Part shown: positions 22,990-58,780 of the stretch, in pieces
How the letters are laid out: every line of letters begins with the position of its first letter
Position numbering within the stretch: the first letter of the stretch is position 1
DNA from: Podarcis gaigeae
Taxonomy: Eukaryota
Direction: 5' to 3' (one strand)
Length of the DNA stretch: 64,000 nt
Assembly: GCA_964106915.2 (NCBI GenBank)
Contig: OZ066915.1
Translations under genes and position numbers: made by a program
The notes under the pieces: model-generated
What the model saw: the letters and a program-made list of their open reading frames with translations, nothing else
What the model was told of the DNA's origin: nothing
Databases searched by the model: none

Positions 22990-24270
22990 ATATGCACAAA
23001 CGCAGCGCGCGAGAGATGGCTGCCTCCTTTCTTTCTTCCTCCCTCCGTCCCTTTCCTCCTCCTCTTCTCCATAGCTCCCTGCTAGAGCCACGCTGCTTTT
23101 GGAAGACTACGCAGCACGCGGCCTGCAGGGGGTACCTCGCTGCTCTTTCGCTGGGCGACGCTCTAGCCAGCGCCCCCGGCTCGTTTCCAACGGCCCCCTC
23201 TCTATGGTCGGCATTGCAACGTCCGCTGGGGAAAAGACGCGCTGGCCGGGGCGTCTCTGTCGTTCCAGCGCGGAAGAGGTCTGCACGGGGGAGGAGAGGG
23301 GAGGGCTCTCATCGTTTCCGGGTCAAGGCGGGGTTGAAATCGCCCCGCTCTCCAGCTCCCCCTCCCAGACCCGCCGAGGCCGCCGCCGCAAGAGCAGCTG
23401 CCGCAGCCCCTTCCCGCTGCCCTTGCCCTCCTCCCGCCGCCGCCATCCCGCCCGCCCGCCCCGGCTCTCTCCTCCTCCCCTCCCCCCGTCCCGCTCCCTC
23501 CGCCCGCCCCGGAGACCCGCGCACCACCCGCCCTCCCTCCTCCCGCTCCCCCCCGTCCCGTCCCCTTCCCCGCCCCAGCGAGGGAGCGAACGAACGCGTG
23601 AGCGGCCGGGCCTAGCCACCCCGCCAGGTAAGGGCTTCCCACCGCCCCTCGGAAAGTACTCGTCTTTTTTTCTCCCCCTCCTCCCCCCCCCTTTCCGAAT
23701 CCCCGGCCTCGAGTAGCTGCGCTCTTCCGCCAACCCTGCGCCTCGAGCCGGGCCGGGTCGCTACGCGAGTTCGAGGATGCGCTTGCGGCCTACTGCGGCC
23801 GGGTCCCACCCGAGTGCGTGTGAAGCGCCTGGAGTCGGTGGGTGGGGGGAGGGGTGGCGCTGTTGCTGCCATTTGCGTCTCGGGGAGGAGCGGGCCCCGC
23901 GTGGAACGCGGCTGGGGGGGGGCCGCAGTGGACTGGATGGCTGCGTGCGTGTGTATGTATGTAGTTGGGGGGGCGCTCTTGCTGCGTCACATCGAGCGGG
24001 ATGTGGGCCCAGGCCTCTTGCGCGCGAGGGAGAGTGATGGCGGGGGGAGGAGGAGAGGGGCGGGGATTTTTCTTTCAGCCGGGGGGGGGGGAGGAGGAGG
24101 AGGTTGACGCTAAGGCGGCCGGCTGTGAGTAAGAGAATGGAGGGAGGCCTGGCTCGCGGGCCGGCGGCGGCAGCAGCAGCGGGCGGGCGGATCTCATGGC
24201 TGGAGCGGGAGGGGTGGGGAAGAGAAAACAGGACAGTTGCGTCGTGTTATTTAAAAACGCGTCCCGCCAG
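22990..24270. promoter_or_regulatory. CpG island / PCBP2 promoter
   Basis: Very high GC and CpG density, multiple GC boxes; surrounds exon 1. Confidence 0.9.
23360..23627 (+). other. PCBP2: PCBP2 non-coding exon 1 (C-rich 5'UTR; start approximate)
   Basis: Consensus donor CAG|GTAAGG at 23627/23628; C-rich leader resembles the recalled mammalian PCBP2 5'UTR. Confidence 0.8.
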
Positions 24271-25987
24271 CTATACAGCGCCCCCTTCTTATTTTTTTTT
24301 CTCCCTCCGATTCCGATTCTTTTTTAGGCAGCTCTTCTCCACTGGCGGAAAGTCATTGTGAGAACTTTATAGCGCAGCTTTAATAATAGAAGTATAAAAA
24401 TTAAAATAGAGCCCTTTTTCTATTAAACTGGCCGGTGGAAGGAGATTACACACACACACATACATACATACATATATATAAAAGTAGTTTTAGTATGAGG
24501 ATGTGGGATTTGTTTAATATGCCCGTTCCCCTCGCCCTCGACCCCTCCACGAGTTTGAAATAGGTTTGACTCTAAACTTGGGCGGTGCAAGGTGCAGATC
24601 TGCAAGTTTATAATTGCTCGTTAGAGTGGGCAGCTTTAGGGTGGGAGATGGTTTGAGAACTTGGGGAAGGTAAAATACTGTAAATAGGAACTTCACTGGC
24701 TGGTGAAGAAAAATTGCAACTTTAGACTTCCGGTGGTTTGAGGATTGGCCTGTGTGGCTTCTTTATAAAACCAAAATCGGTTTAGGGTTGACAACCTTCC
24801 TTTCCATATATTTTAACTTAAAATCTATGATATGGCTCAAGGTGTTATTGTAGGTAGTAATCCCTGTAAATAAAATTCTTGAATATTGGAAGTTAAATGG
24901 ATTAGTTGAGATAAATAAGAATTCAGGTACCAACTTGTGCAATGTTGCAGAAACAGCAAACTATTGGTGACTTTTAAGAGTTAAGTCTTTTATTTGGATT
25001 TTTGCTTTTTTATCTTAGACTAGTGTTAAAAATTATTTTCTTAACCTGATTCATAGTTCAGTTTTCAGCTTGGAAGTTGCTTGCTGTTACTTTTTCTCTT
25101 CATATATATGAAAGAAAATGACTTTTATATATATGACTTTCACTTGATTTGAAAATGACTTCTTGCTCTCTAATGAGTCAATTATCCCTAAGCCTACTTA
25201 AAAGGTGACTTCCTGTCACTGTTCAGTAGTATGGAAAAAACACACTGCTCATGCTTAAAAGCTGTTACTTTACATGGTTAAAGTTAAGTTTCATCGCATG
25301 GGTGATGGGGTTCTTGTTACTTATAGTTGACGAAAAGAACCATCAAATTCAGCAGCAGGCATACATCTTGTCAAATATAGACGGATTTTTTTAAAAAAAT
25401 AAATAGTGAAGCTGTGAAAGTGACTGGGAAGTGCTTCTGCTGAAGCTATTTGTAGTTTGCTGAGCAATGGAACTGGAAACTGAAAGTGACAATTGATCTC
25501 TATCTCTCCTTCTAGCAAAGGAAGGAGGAGGTCAAGTTGTTCAAGGGGATATGTCTATTCTGTGCCAGGAGCATTCAGGGGATCGTCTTTAACCAGTAGT
25601 CTCCAATGGGCATTAACACATTTGGCTACTAAGCACTACCTGACCAGTTTGTGAATAAACACATAGGAGGTGTAAACTTCTGCGCATCAACTGATTAGTG
25701 ACAGTAAGCACATGCAAATCTGTGGCGTTGACAACTTGTCGGTGACAGTCAACTGGGCCTATTCCTCAGATTAAATCTAATGCAAGATACATGTAATGCT
25801 GAGGCCTGGAAAAAAGAACAAATACAGGACATCAAAGTGTTCAGATACTGCCAGAAAACAGTATTAATGAGTTAATTCTTGTGTGGTGACAGTACAAGAT
25901 AATCTTTTTATTTTATAGGTTGATTTTCCTTCCAGCGACCAAAGATTTGACCACTTTCAAGCCTGACTTAACTGAATACAGCTCAAG

Positions 25988-47716
<21,729 letters not shown>

Positions 47717-48085
47717 GACAATGCAACCGCCTCACTCATTACCCGTTTCTGCTGTTCATCCCCATGATCCATCTGTGTAGTTTCTGAGCAGTCAGCGATT
47801 CCAGGTTTTAACTAGTTTGTAAATTTTCAGTTCTACATGCTTTACCCATCCACTCATGATTTTTTTTTTTAATTGCAGCATTTTAATTCCTTTTCTCTGT
47901 TCAGCTGTTAAAATGCTGATTCATATTTTAGTTTATAAGCTTCTCCCCCTTTCTTGGCTCATGAAGTTTTTCTGTTATGTCATGAGATGTAAGAGTGGAA
48001 TTAATACATTTCAGTTTAGTTCTGTAATGTCAGAAATTTTTCAAAAAAATAAAAAGATGGACTGGAGCTTTTTTCCTTGTGAATA
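47717..48085 (+). other. PCBP2: PCBP2 conserved proximal 3'UTR
   Basis: Blocks such as CCCATGATCCATCTGTGTAGTTTCTG and TTTCAGTTTAGTTCTGTAATGTCA resemble the recalled mammalian PCBP2/PCBP1 3'UTR. Confidence 0.8.
48048..48053 (+). terminator. PCBP2 polyadenylation signal AATAAA
   Basis: Hexamer at the end of the conserved UTR with U/GU-rich sequence downstream. Confidence 0.7.
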
Positions 48086-49094
48086 GAAAATATTGTGGTG
48101 CTCTTGAGTTTTTATAGCTGGCCTTTATTAAGCGTCTGTGACTCCGTAAGGCTTCAGTAAGCTGCTTTGCTTGGAAATGCTTAAAAAGGGTGACCTTGGT
48201 GACCTGTTTGGGTTTGAGAGGTGACTGCTCCTAGCTTTCTAGTATTATCAAAAAACACCTAGAGGAGTGGGTTAACACACTGAAGAGGGAAGGGAGGAGT
48301 AAATAAAATATGCAAAACATGTTAGCCCACTCCTCTAACGCACAGGACACTAAACTTCTATACTATAACTGCTGTATGTTGGAAGTTCCCTCACAGAATC
48401 TCCCTTCCGAGTGAGCTGTGTTTGTGGGGGCCTGAAACTCTTCAAGCCACCCAAATACCTAGGCTTTCATTTTGAAGCTTGGGGCAGGCTCTGAGCTACG
48501 CCTCTATTACTGAAGTCGGTTTTTATTTTCAATATGAGATGCAAATTGAGACGGTCAAATCTCATTATGGTAAAATAAAGAAATTCTAATTCCCCAGGAC
48601 TCTATGCTGCAATGCTTTCCTGTAACTGGGTCAGGCCTTTCACAATTTCAGGAGATGAATGCTAACTATACAATGTGGGTAGCCGACATTGCGTTTCCCA
48701 GAAGTTGAACCATGACTTCCCAAAGCCCCAGCCAGCACAGCCAGTGTTCACTGATGATGAAAGTTGTAATCCACAACATCTGGAGAGTAATAGCTGCCCT
48801 TCCTGTAGAATATATGCAAGATCCCTGTTTGATATTCTTCTGGTATGTAAATGTGAAATGCACACATTAATATTTCTGCACATGGAATGAAGCCATCCAC
48901 CTTATGAGGGCTTTGAGGTAATCTCAGTGCATAAACAAAATACCACTTTAGTTTAAAGAAGTTCCCACCTTTCATTGGGAAGGGTTAAACATTGTTCAGA
49001 GAAGGTGATTCTGAAATGAGAGCTTCTTGTGGGCTGGTTTGCACATCACTGTAAACAGTGCTTTTAGAAAAAAAGCACTGACTGTAAGCCATTA

Positions 49095-49317
49095 CAGTGG
49101 TACCTCTAGTTATGAACTTAATTCGTTCCAGAGGTCCATTCTTAACCAGAAACTGTTCTTAACCAGAGGCGTGCTTTTGCTAATGGGGCCTCTTGCTGCC
49201 GCTGCACCGCCAGCACACAATTTCTGTTCTCATCCTGGGTCAAAGTTCTCAACTCGAGGTGACGTCCAGGTTAGTAGAGTTTGTAACCTGAGGTGTTTGT
49301 AACTCGAGGTACCACCA
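49095..49317 (-). mobile_element. Tc1/mariner MITE
   Basis: CAGTGGTACCTC...GAGGTACCACC; same family as 7496-7737. Confidence 0.8.
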
Positions 49318-50557
49318 TACAGTCCGTATTTGAACAGCTTAGTTCACTAACAACTTGGAAATTGAACACCGCAAAGCCAGACGTAGGTGTTCCAGTTTGC
49401 AAGCTTTTTCAGAATCTGACCTGTTCTGTTTTGAGTGTTACTCTTCCAGTGCCACAATTCTGCTTTGAGTGCCTGCGCTCCTGCTTGCACAGGAGTAGGA
49501 GCTGTATCAGGGCAGCTCAGCTGGGGAGGGGCATGCTCCGTCACACTTTCCATTGAGGGGTTTGCGGCTGGGGGCTCCTTTAAACTTCTCCCTTGAGGGG
49601 AGAAATTTAAGGATCCCCCACCTCAGCATCAGAGCCCCTGCATCACCTGAAGGCAGCCAGGCAGAATAGTTGCGGGGGTGGGGAAGGTGGAGGCAGCCTG
49701 GCAGCTGCATCTGAGAGCCCCTAAACCACTGAGGCAGCTGTCAGACTGTCTCCGCATTGCCATGCGATGCTCCTTTAAACTTCTCTATTGAGATGATCAC
49801 AGCCACGCACCCCTCAATAGAAAAGTGTGACGGAGCCTGCACCTCTCCTGAGCAGCCAACAAGCTTGAAAAAGCAGCAACACAACAAATTGAAAAAAGCA
49901 GACCAACCTCAAATGAATCAAAATCAGAAGAAAACATAAAACAGCACTGACTCGAACCCTAATTCTCATCCTTACCACAACACTAACCCAATCCTAAAAT
50001 TAACCCTAGCCCAGAAATGGCCTTGTTAGATAGTAAAATTCATGTTCAATTGCTGCTTTAGGGGTTGTTTATAAAAGTCTGAAAAGGATCCATCCATTTT
50101 GCATTACTTTCTATGGGAAAGCACGACTTGGTTTTAGAATGGACTTCCGGAACGAATTAAGTTTGGGAACCAAGGTACCACTGTAGTGGGAATGTTTTGT
50201 CCTCCAGATGTTCCTGAACTAAACTCCCACCAGCCCCAGCAAGCATAGCCAATCACCAGGGGCGATTGGAGTTGTTGTTCAGCAAAATTTGGAGGGCCAG
50301 ATGTCCCCCATCTCTGCTGTAAGTGTCATCCTGAAAAGCCAGTTTTGAATTGGCAGTTTGCTGTGCCTGTGTCTCTCCTTCCTTGGTTAAGCTGGGAGCA
50401 AGAAAACGACAACATTGGCTTAGTGTTCTATCTGAACCAGTGCTCATGGCTTGTTTCTCTCCATTCAAGTGGGAACCAATAATAAACCTGCGTGGCTTTG
50501 ACAGCCACAAGGCTAATAACTGACTTTGTATTGGGAAAAATTGGCTGCATAGATATA

Positions 50558-50799
50558 CAGTGGTACCTTGGGTTACATACGCTTCAGGTTACATACGCTT
50601 CAGGTTACAGACTCTGCTAACCCAGAAATATTACCTCAGGTTAAGAACTTTGCTTCAGGATGAGAACAGAAATCGTGCTCTGGCGGCGTGGCAGCAGCAG
50701 GAGGCCCCATTAGCTAAAGTGGTGCTTCAGGTTAAGAACAGTTTCAGGTTAAGAACAGATCACGAGAACAAATTAAGTTCTTAACCCGAGGTACCACTG
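50558..50799 (+). mobile_element. Tc1/mariner MITE
   Basis: TIRs and TA TSD. Confidence 0.9.
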
Positions 50800-52423
50800 T
50801 AGTAGGAAAAGGAGTGAATCTAGCTGAGATTGGCACTAATGTCCGAAAAGGAGAATAGAGGGCCTACCGAATTCTTCCAGGCTTTTGCCTGAGGGACTTT
50901 TGCCAAAGCAGTTCGTTCCTCAAACTTTGCTGTGCCATAGATTGGTTAGCGAGAAAAAGATTCCCTGTGGAGGAGGCGCATACTCTCTCGACTTGTGCTT
51001 CCTTCGGTCTTGCTCCTCCGTTTCAGAATCTAGGTGTAAAGCAGTGTGCTGTGCAACCCACAAAGTCCTCAAAAGTGGGATCTCACAGCTAGCCTAAAAG
51101 CAAGTGTGTTGCATTCAGTGTAGTGCTAAGGAGATTATTTTGCCAGTGTAGCATTTCTGCTCACCCAGTGGAACCATTTCCCATATCCTAACCCGGCATG
51201 CTCTTCTGGGGGTTCCCCCTATCCTCCAGAGCAGAGTGAGAGTCTTTGTGCTGCTTTCCGCTTGCACAACAAGTTGGTTGAGTACATAAGGATTTTAAGA
51301 TCTCATTGCAGGCACCACCTCAAAATGGTTTTGACAGGGAAAAGAATGCAAACCTTGTCCTGACACTGCTACTGGCAGCTTTTCACCAACATCATTTGCC
51401 TTGAAAGACATCTACAGCTACCACAAGAAGTGTGTGAGGTCTTGGTACCTTTGCAATACAGCCACGACTGTCCGTATTTCTTAAATGTCCTTGAGGAAAG
51501 GACAGTGAAACCTGAGCTAGTAGTTAAAACTTGACAAATCTCTTAACACTTTTATTTCTAAAGACGCACCTGTGCTCTAAACTTAGAATCCCAGGTTTGC
51601 CAGGTCCCCATGCAAAAAAGAATCGAGTGAAAGATTCCATTGAGGGACAAGGAAAAGTTTTGTGCATTAAATTCCTAGAGCTGCAGACTTTCTGGGATTG
51701 CTCTCAAGTGCAACAGTCTATTTCTGTCATCAGGAGGGCAAGGAGGTTATGCAGGGCACTGCACGGTGACAGTTTCAATTTCATTCAGCCCACACCGTTC
51801 AAGCATTCCCTGTCCACCTAAAGCTGCTTTTTCATTGTGGAAGCTTAAGATGTGTGTGCCGTAATACCACACAGCTCTTCTGCTCTTCCCCTGCATCTGT
51901 GAATATACAGAATGTAGGTATCCAGTTGTCACAAGGCAGCTTAAAGTAGGCCTGGGAACAGTTTCCTTGATTCCTGAAGAGAGTACAGATTTCGTTACTT
52001 TCTCCATGTGTGGTGCAGTCTTTAAGACCTCAACTCCTACAGTCTTAGTCCCTACTTGTCTGCTCATAATTTTGGGCTCCAGCAACTCTCTTCAATCTTG
52101 TGTCTGACCCCTGTGACTGGCTTTATGCCTCTCGCTTGAGGCAGGATGGGGATCTGCAATGTTCAGGGCTTTCTATAACTCATCGGGGCCAGAGCTAACA
52201 TTTGGCCAGGGCTCTTCATACCTCCCCCAAAGCCCCTGTCTTCTCTCCCAGCTTGTTTCCTGTGCTAGCCAGCTAATTCCAATCCCCATGCTTTTTCACT
52301 TGATTTATTCTCTTTTCCATGTCTCTTACTTGCCAAAAGTTCTGAACTTGCCTATGGGAAACAAATTAAGTGTGATATAGATTCTTTATGTGTGTCGTTA
52401 AGTACTACTTCCAATGTTGACTA

Positions 52424-52629
52424 CAGTTGTACCTCGGGTTACAGATGCTTCAGGTTACAGATTCCACTAACCCAGAAACAGTACCTTGGGTTAAGAACTT
52501 TGCTTCAGGATGAGAACAGAAATCGCATGATGGCGCGGCAGCAGCAGGAGACCCCATTAGCTAAAGTGGTACCTCAGGTTAAGAACAGACCTCCAGAATG
52601 AATTAAGTTCTTAACCTGAGGTACCACTG
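52424..52629 (+). mobile_element. Tc1/mariner MITE
   Basis: TIRs and TA TSD. Confidence 0.85.
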
Positions 52630-54671
52630 TATTCATTTGGCTGGCATACGAAATTGGAACTGAGGTTCTCTTCCTAGTGGCTGTAGGCAACTCAAAACAA
52701 ACAAAAAAACCTTTGCTGGTATCACTTTGATTTTCTTAATGGGAGGGACAACAAAGTTGGGCGCAGAAGCCCTGATTGCAACCATTGGCAATCTTAATTC
52801 TGCCGCTCCTCTGACTTCTGAGATTTTAGCAGCCAGTTATCCTTGCAGTTTCAAATATATTTTTATAGCCATGGGGCTTGAAGCTTGCTTCAGAACAAGT
52901 ACTTAAAGGTGAACTGCTAAGAATTGGGATCCTTGGCAATATTCAGCGGAGAGGACATCAGCCGAATGGAATGCCTTCCTCACTGGTACCTACCCCTCCT
53001 CTTTCTCCTCCCGTCCCCACTTAGCACATGCAATTTTGTGTTTGGAACCCTTGAGGAAAGCACAGGGCTACATTGAGAACATGCAAACACTGAATACAAA
53101 ATGGTCTTTAATTGAAATCTGCAGTGCCATTACTCATCTAGCAATGTTATTACCATACAGACATGATCTATCTTACAAGGGTGGATGTTAAAACAAGTGA
53201 GGAGGATGCACAGATCCAACATGGTAGGAAGTATGGCTTCACCTAAGGGACTGAGAACTTTCCTTCCACAGGAAGAATGACAAACTGGGCTGGGAGTGGT
53301 TGGAATGGGTCGGATGTCATGCTCGCTGTGCAGCGCAGCCTTTTCTAGGGACCAAGATCCTGTGAGAGCCTGGCTAGGGGTGCGAAGGAATTAATGCAGC
53401 CAGGAAGAGCCTGAGCAGAGACCCTTGGGAAAGGATGAGGCACAAAGTCAACCCTAGCAGTTGAAAGTTTAGTATTGACAGGGGAGCTTCTCCACCTTGA
53501 GCTAATGTAAAATGGCTTGTATTATTTCCATGGAGACTGGTTCTCAATAAGTGAGGGTGTTGCAAAGGAATACTTTCTTCATTCCGTCTGTGGCTAAATG
53601 CAGTTTGTGTTGCCTGATGATTCCGGTTGCCAATGGGGTGCCCTGTGCATTTATTAAAAAACTACATTTCTACTGCCAGGCTTTTCGTCCAGAATTGTTT
53701 CCTCAGGCAGCCGCTCTCCCAAGATGCGAGACAGCAATCTCTCCCTGCTGTGCTACCTGAAGATTTTTTAACTGGAGGTGCCAGTGGTTTGAACTTGTGA
53801 CCTCATACATGGGAAGCATGTGCCCTGTTACTGAAGTATGGCTCTCTACTAATCTGTTCTGGGGCAACTGCAAGCTGTTACGTCTCCATTTGAGGAGGCT
53901 GGTTCTCAGTACATTTTTAATCTGTTTCCAACATGGCTCGCAAGACCCACAGAGCACAGTAAGGTGTTTTGTTAAGTGTAGCCTCTGGTGGTTAGGCGTC
54001 CAGTGCGTATCTGCTCAAAAATAAAAATAAAAAAATGCCACTTTGAAAGACTAGCAACATTACAGATGGTCAGAATGAAACAGCTAAAAGGCCTTAGAAT
54101 CCTGCAAAACCTGGCACTGCGTGTTCTAGGACTGCCTTTGGAAACACTTTCTCTTTTGTGCCAAAAGTTGGGAGTTCAGAACCATGTGCAGCTGCATCAG
54201 ATCAAAGGCCTATCGGGTCTAGAACTCTTGTCTTCAAAAGGGGCCAGCCAGATGTTCCTGGGATATTTGTCCCACCTACCCTGAGAACACTGATATGTTG
54301 AAACCATGATCTTGAAACAGATGCTCATTTGCTGTGTGAGATGGAGCCTAATGCATGTATGGCTCCTCTACCCAATCAGGAACCCCAACTGGTCAGGATT
54401 CCTGATTGGTTAGAGCAGCCCTAATATGCACAGCTGTAGGGACCTTCATCCCTAATGCCAAAAGTGTTTCTAGTGGGGTGCCTGGCCAGTGGATGTGTTC
54501 ACATGGGAGGGCATGTTCCCATTACCCTCTGATGTGTTCAGTGAACGCATGTAGGAAATCATATAAACACATGCATTACAAATTTGCAAAGTTTTTTTTT
54601 TTATGTAACCAAAACAAATACCTTTAAAATAACCTGGCTTTGTTGCAATTTAATCTTGAATATATTTTTAA

Positions 54672-55035
54672 AAAGGTAAAGGTACCCCTGCCCGTACGGG
54701 CCAGTCTTGTCCAACTCTAGGGTTGTGCGCCCATCTCACTCTACAGGCCGGGGGCCAGCGCTGGCCAGAGACACTTCCGGGTCATGTGGCCAGCGTGACG
54801 AAGCTGCTCTGGCGAGCCGGCAGCAGCGCAGCACACGGAAACGCCGTTTACGTTCCCGCTAGAAAGCGGTACCTATTTATCTACTTGCACTTTAGGGGTG
54901 CTTTCGAACTGCTAGGTGGGCAGGAGCTGGGACTGTTTGACGGGAGCTCACCCCGCTGCGGGGATTCGAACCGCCGACCATGCGATCGGCAAGCCCTAGG
55001 CGCTGAGGATTTACCCACAGCGCCACCCGCGTCCC
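54672..55035 (-). mobile_element. Sauria SINE, distinct CpG-rich subfamily
   Basis: Full-length head GGGACGCGGGTGGCGCTGTGGG on minus strand; TSD-like TATATTT..AAAAAGG on both sides. Confidence 0.9.
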
Positions 55036-55428
55036 TATATTTAAAAAGGGTGTGTCTTTAAATCTAGAGAATTTTTCTTGCCTTCCTTCCCACCCCTAAC
55101 ATTTCAAAATAACATTTCTTATCTTGTAGAGCTGCCAAGTACATGCTATTAACAATCAGAGCTCCATATCTGGAGGGGCAAGCTAGAAAGTGAAGTCCAA
55201 GCAGATTTGCCAAACCAAGGCTTGAGCATACATGGGAAACCACTGTTAAGATCTTGTGAAGGGAACTGAAATGACTATCTGGGCTCTGCCTTAGAAAGGA
55301 TCAAACCCTTACAATTCAGGGAAAATTTAAACACGCCCTGACCTGCCATAATTCAGTCTATTTGGACTAAAAGGGGCAAGAAGCTACGATACATGTGAAT
55401 TTTCAGAATTGCTGGTTTTTCATGGAGT

Positions 55429-55434
55429 TTTAAT
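55429..55434 (-). terminator. Candidate MAP3K12 distal poly(A) signal ATTAAA
   Basis: Minus strand TGTAAAATGTCTCATTAAAACTCC with UGUA upstream; usage unverified. Confidence 0.35.
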
Positions 55435-56552
55435 GAGACATTTTACATTTAAGATTACTTTGCCATCGTAAGTCTTCAGGATGGGCCAAGCAGCATATTT
55501 AAACAAGATTAGTGTGAACTGGCTGTGTTCTTTTAAATCTTTGTGAGATTTCCCATTGCACCGTTAGCAGATGCTAGTTCAGATCCGCCCCCCTGCAAAA
55601 TCTCACGCCTTGCTTAAAAGACTGTGACAGGGAGGGCTTCTGGCTGTCCTTACTGCTGGGGAAGTATGTAGCGGGCAGTATGTCTCCCGCTCTGGCCTTT
55701 GGTTGGAGTAATTCTACAGTATTGAACACTGCTGCCAGCTAGAGATTGGCTTGCAATGTCCTGTGTACCTAACTGCAGAGCTGGCAGATTTCATACTCTT
55801 ACTACCTGCTGTTGGAGTTAATGGACTTTTTGGCACGATCCCTTTAGCCCATCTGTTCAGATGTTCTATAACTGAGCTCTTGCCTGGAAGGGCCTCGAGG
55901 CTCTGACATCTCAGGGAGGTTGTGCAATGGTTTGTCTTTACCTGCTAGGCAGTGCTGCTTACGTTCCCTGCTCACACCATCTACCAGGGGGGCACGTGGG
56001 CGCTGCCCTGTAGCCTCAAGAGACCCCAGTGGAAACAGTACTGGTTGCATTATCACAGGGGCTGCAAGTTTTAAAGGGATTGACCAATTTTTCGTGGGGA
56101 GGTTCCCTCCTCCCTTTTAAAAACCTATTTAAACAAAGCAACAAATATTCAAGCATCTGGAAATCCTTTCTTTGCCCTGTGGGAAAAGCAATAGCTGTAA
56201 CAATAGCTGGAGCCTTTTGGAAGCAGAAAGGTGGTGCAAAATTGGGAGAACCTTAAAGTTTCCTTTTTTATTGAAAAGCATGTTGCCAGTCCTCATGTGT
56301 GAGGCTGCTGTGCAGCAAATGCACAGAAGATTCAAACGTAGGTGGAGGCGTGGAGTACTTGCTACTCGTAGCTGCCAGTGCCCACTGACTTCAAATTTTT
56401 ATTGCTCTTTGCAGTTCTATGCATCCCTGTGGGCTAAAAAATTCTCTTCAATGGAAATTGGGTTTAAGTGCCAGATTCTGTTTAGCCAACAGAGGAGGTA
56501 CAGCTGTGCAAAGAACAATATAGTAATACACACATCTCTTCTGCCAGTCTAA

Positions 56553-56557
56553 ATAAT

Positions 56558-56631
<74 letters not shown>

Positions 56632-57295
56632 TATAATATATTTATACCCCACCCATCTGGCTGAGTTTCCCCAGCCACTCTGGACCGGCTCCCAATTGAG
56701 TGTTAAAAACAGTACAGCATTAAATATTAAAAACTTCCCTAAACAGGGCTGCCTTCAGATGTCTTTTAAAGAGAAAATAGCTGCTTATTTCCTTCAAATC
56801 TGAAGGGAGGGTGTTCCACAAGGTGGGCGCCACTACCAAGAAGGCCCTCTGCCTGGTTCCCTGTAGCCTCACTTCTTGCAATGAGGGAACTGCTAGAAGG
56901 ACCTCTGTGCTGGACCTCAGTGTCCTGGCTGAACGATGGTGGTGGAGATGCTCCTTCGGGTCTACTGGGCCGAGGCCGTTTAGGGCTTTAAAGGTCAGCA
57001 CCAGCACTTTGAATTGTGCTCGGAAACGTACTGGGAGCCAATAAAGATCTCTCAGAACCGGTGTTATGGTCCCAGCGGCCACTCCCAGTCACCAGTCTAG
57101 CTGCCACATTCTTGATTAATTGTAGTTTCCGAGTCACCTTCAAAGGTAGCCCCACGGAGAGCGCATTGCAGTAGTCCAAGTGGGAGATAACTAGTGCACG
57201 CACCACTCTGGAGAGGCAGTCTGCGGGCAGGTAGGGTCTTAGCCTGCGTACCAGATGGAGCTGGTAGACAGCTGCCCTGGACACAGAATTAACCT
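56553..57295 (-). mobile_element. L2 LINE 3' fragment with long (TAA)n tail
   Basis: ORF2 C-terminus VRALVISHLDYCNAL..GLPLKVTRKLQLI / ITPVLRDLYWLPVRFRAQFKVLVLTFKAL; microsatellite 56553-56640. Confidence 0.92.
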
Positions 57296-58780
57296 GCTGA
57301 ATTAGAGCTGAAGGAGACTGTCCACATGAGCCTAGCTGAAGAATGGGCTGCCTTTGTTTGCACTGTAGCCGATCAGATCCCTAAAGCAAAGCTGGTGTAG
57401 CAATGGCGCATGGGGGCCTTGGATTAGTGGGCAGTGGAAAGAAATTTCCCAGCATGCCACTCTTAGCACCACAGAAGGTGGAGCAGCAGGTATACAGCAG
57501 CCGCTTCTGGAGGCTATATGCTGCCTGACATCTCACGTCCCTAGTCCATCTGAATTAGCACCATCAGTGGCAGCACCTCTCAAATCTGGCTCTAGCGTGC
57601 TCAGGCTGCTGTTTTGCCACAGGCTGCTGCGTTAGGCTTGTGCAGCATCATGCAAAGCCTACTCCTGGTTGCACTGAATTCTCCCTACCAAAAGCTGCTG
57701 CATTCCTCCTTAAATAGGAAAAAAAAGCAGCTGCGGCAATAAAATCAGGCAAGGAAGGGCAGGCAACCCCTGCCCCCTTGTGGGCAGAAAGGGAATTAGC
57801 ACCAGGGCAATGCTGCTGTCAAAACGGGCAGGTCTTTCGAACCGGAGCATGCACTGCGGTTCAAATGCCGGACTTGGTTTCCATTCTGCAGCTCGCGTCT
57901 GGGGAAGGCGAACAGGTGTGTAAGGGGAGAGGGCTTTTGACGATGGGAGAGAGGAACCCACAGCCAGCCTCTCCCGATAGAAAGAAATCAGATGGCAAAG
58001 CAGGGACACCCCCTGTTAACATGTCACAAATCAAGCCAGGTGTATTTTGCAAGCATTCAGGTGCACTGTTATCTGTTTCGCTGCTGTTTTGGTAAGGACT
58101 GAGCAAGGATCCGGCAGGAGGCAGAATGTGCACTGGAAGGGGGACCCCCCATATGCAAATAAGCTGGGCAGGGGGTGTCACAAAAGCCACAGCTCATAGT
58201 GCTAGTGAGCAAAGGAAGACATTTTTTAGCCAGTTCAGCTTTGTTTCAGGAACTCGTCTCTTTCCCAGTAGTCTCGGCTTAGTTGTCCCCCACCTCTGCC
58301 ACCCAGGCTGCTTTGTCAAAATGGCAGAGGGTGGGCGGGGGGGGGGAATGTGCTGGTCCCAAAATCTGTGGCTGAGAAACCCTGCCTTAGTTCATCTTTT
58401 TGCACCAGGAGCGGGGTTTTCCCCTTTCTCTTTTTTTAAACCCTTTTGTGTCCACCCCTGCGCTAAGCTCTCACACCCTTGGTGTTTTTAACCAAACACA
58501 AATAAACAACAAACGTGAAAGGAGAGGGACATATTTCTCCAAACCAGGACCTTCACCTGAGAAACCAAGAGGAAAGGGGATTCTTCCTCGCCGGGGTACG
58601 CTCAACAGACTCCCCTTCCCCCCTTTTTAAACGTTAAAAGGCTTTCGCCAGAATCGAGCATTGGGATCAGAAATCCCAATTCCTGCCTTGTCCGTCCGTG
58701 CACACGATCTCTCTATCTCTCGCTTACCTCCCCGCTCCCCCCCCCCGTTACACAGATCCATCTGACAGAGACACGTGTTA

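Noticed and set aside
22953-24361. Several long overlapping ORFs (up to 220 aa) on both strands
   Set aside because: Expected from stop-poor GC-rich CpG-island DNA; low-complexity translations that cross the exon 1 donor.
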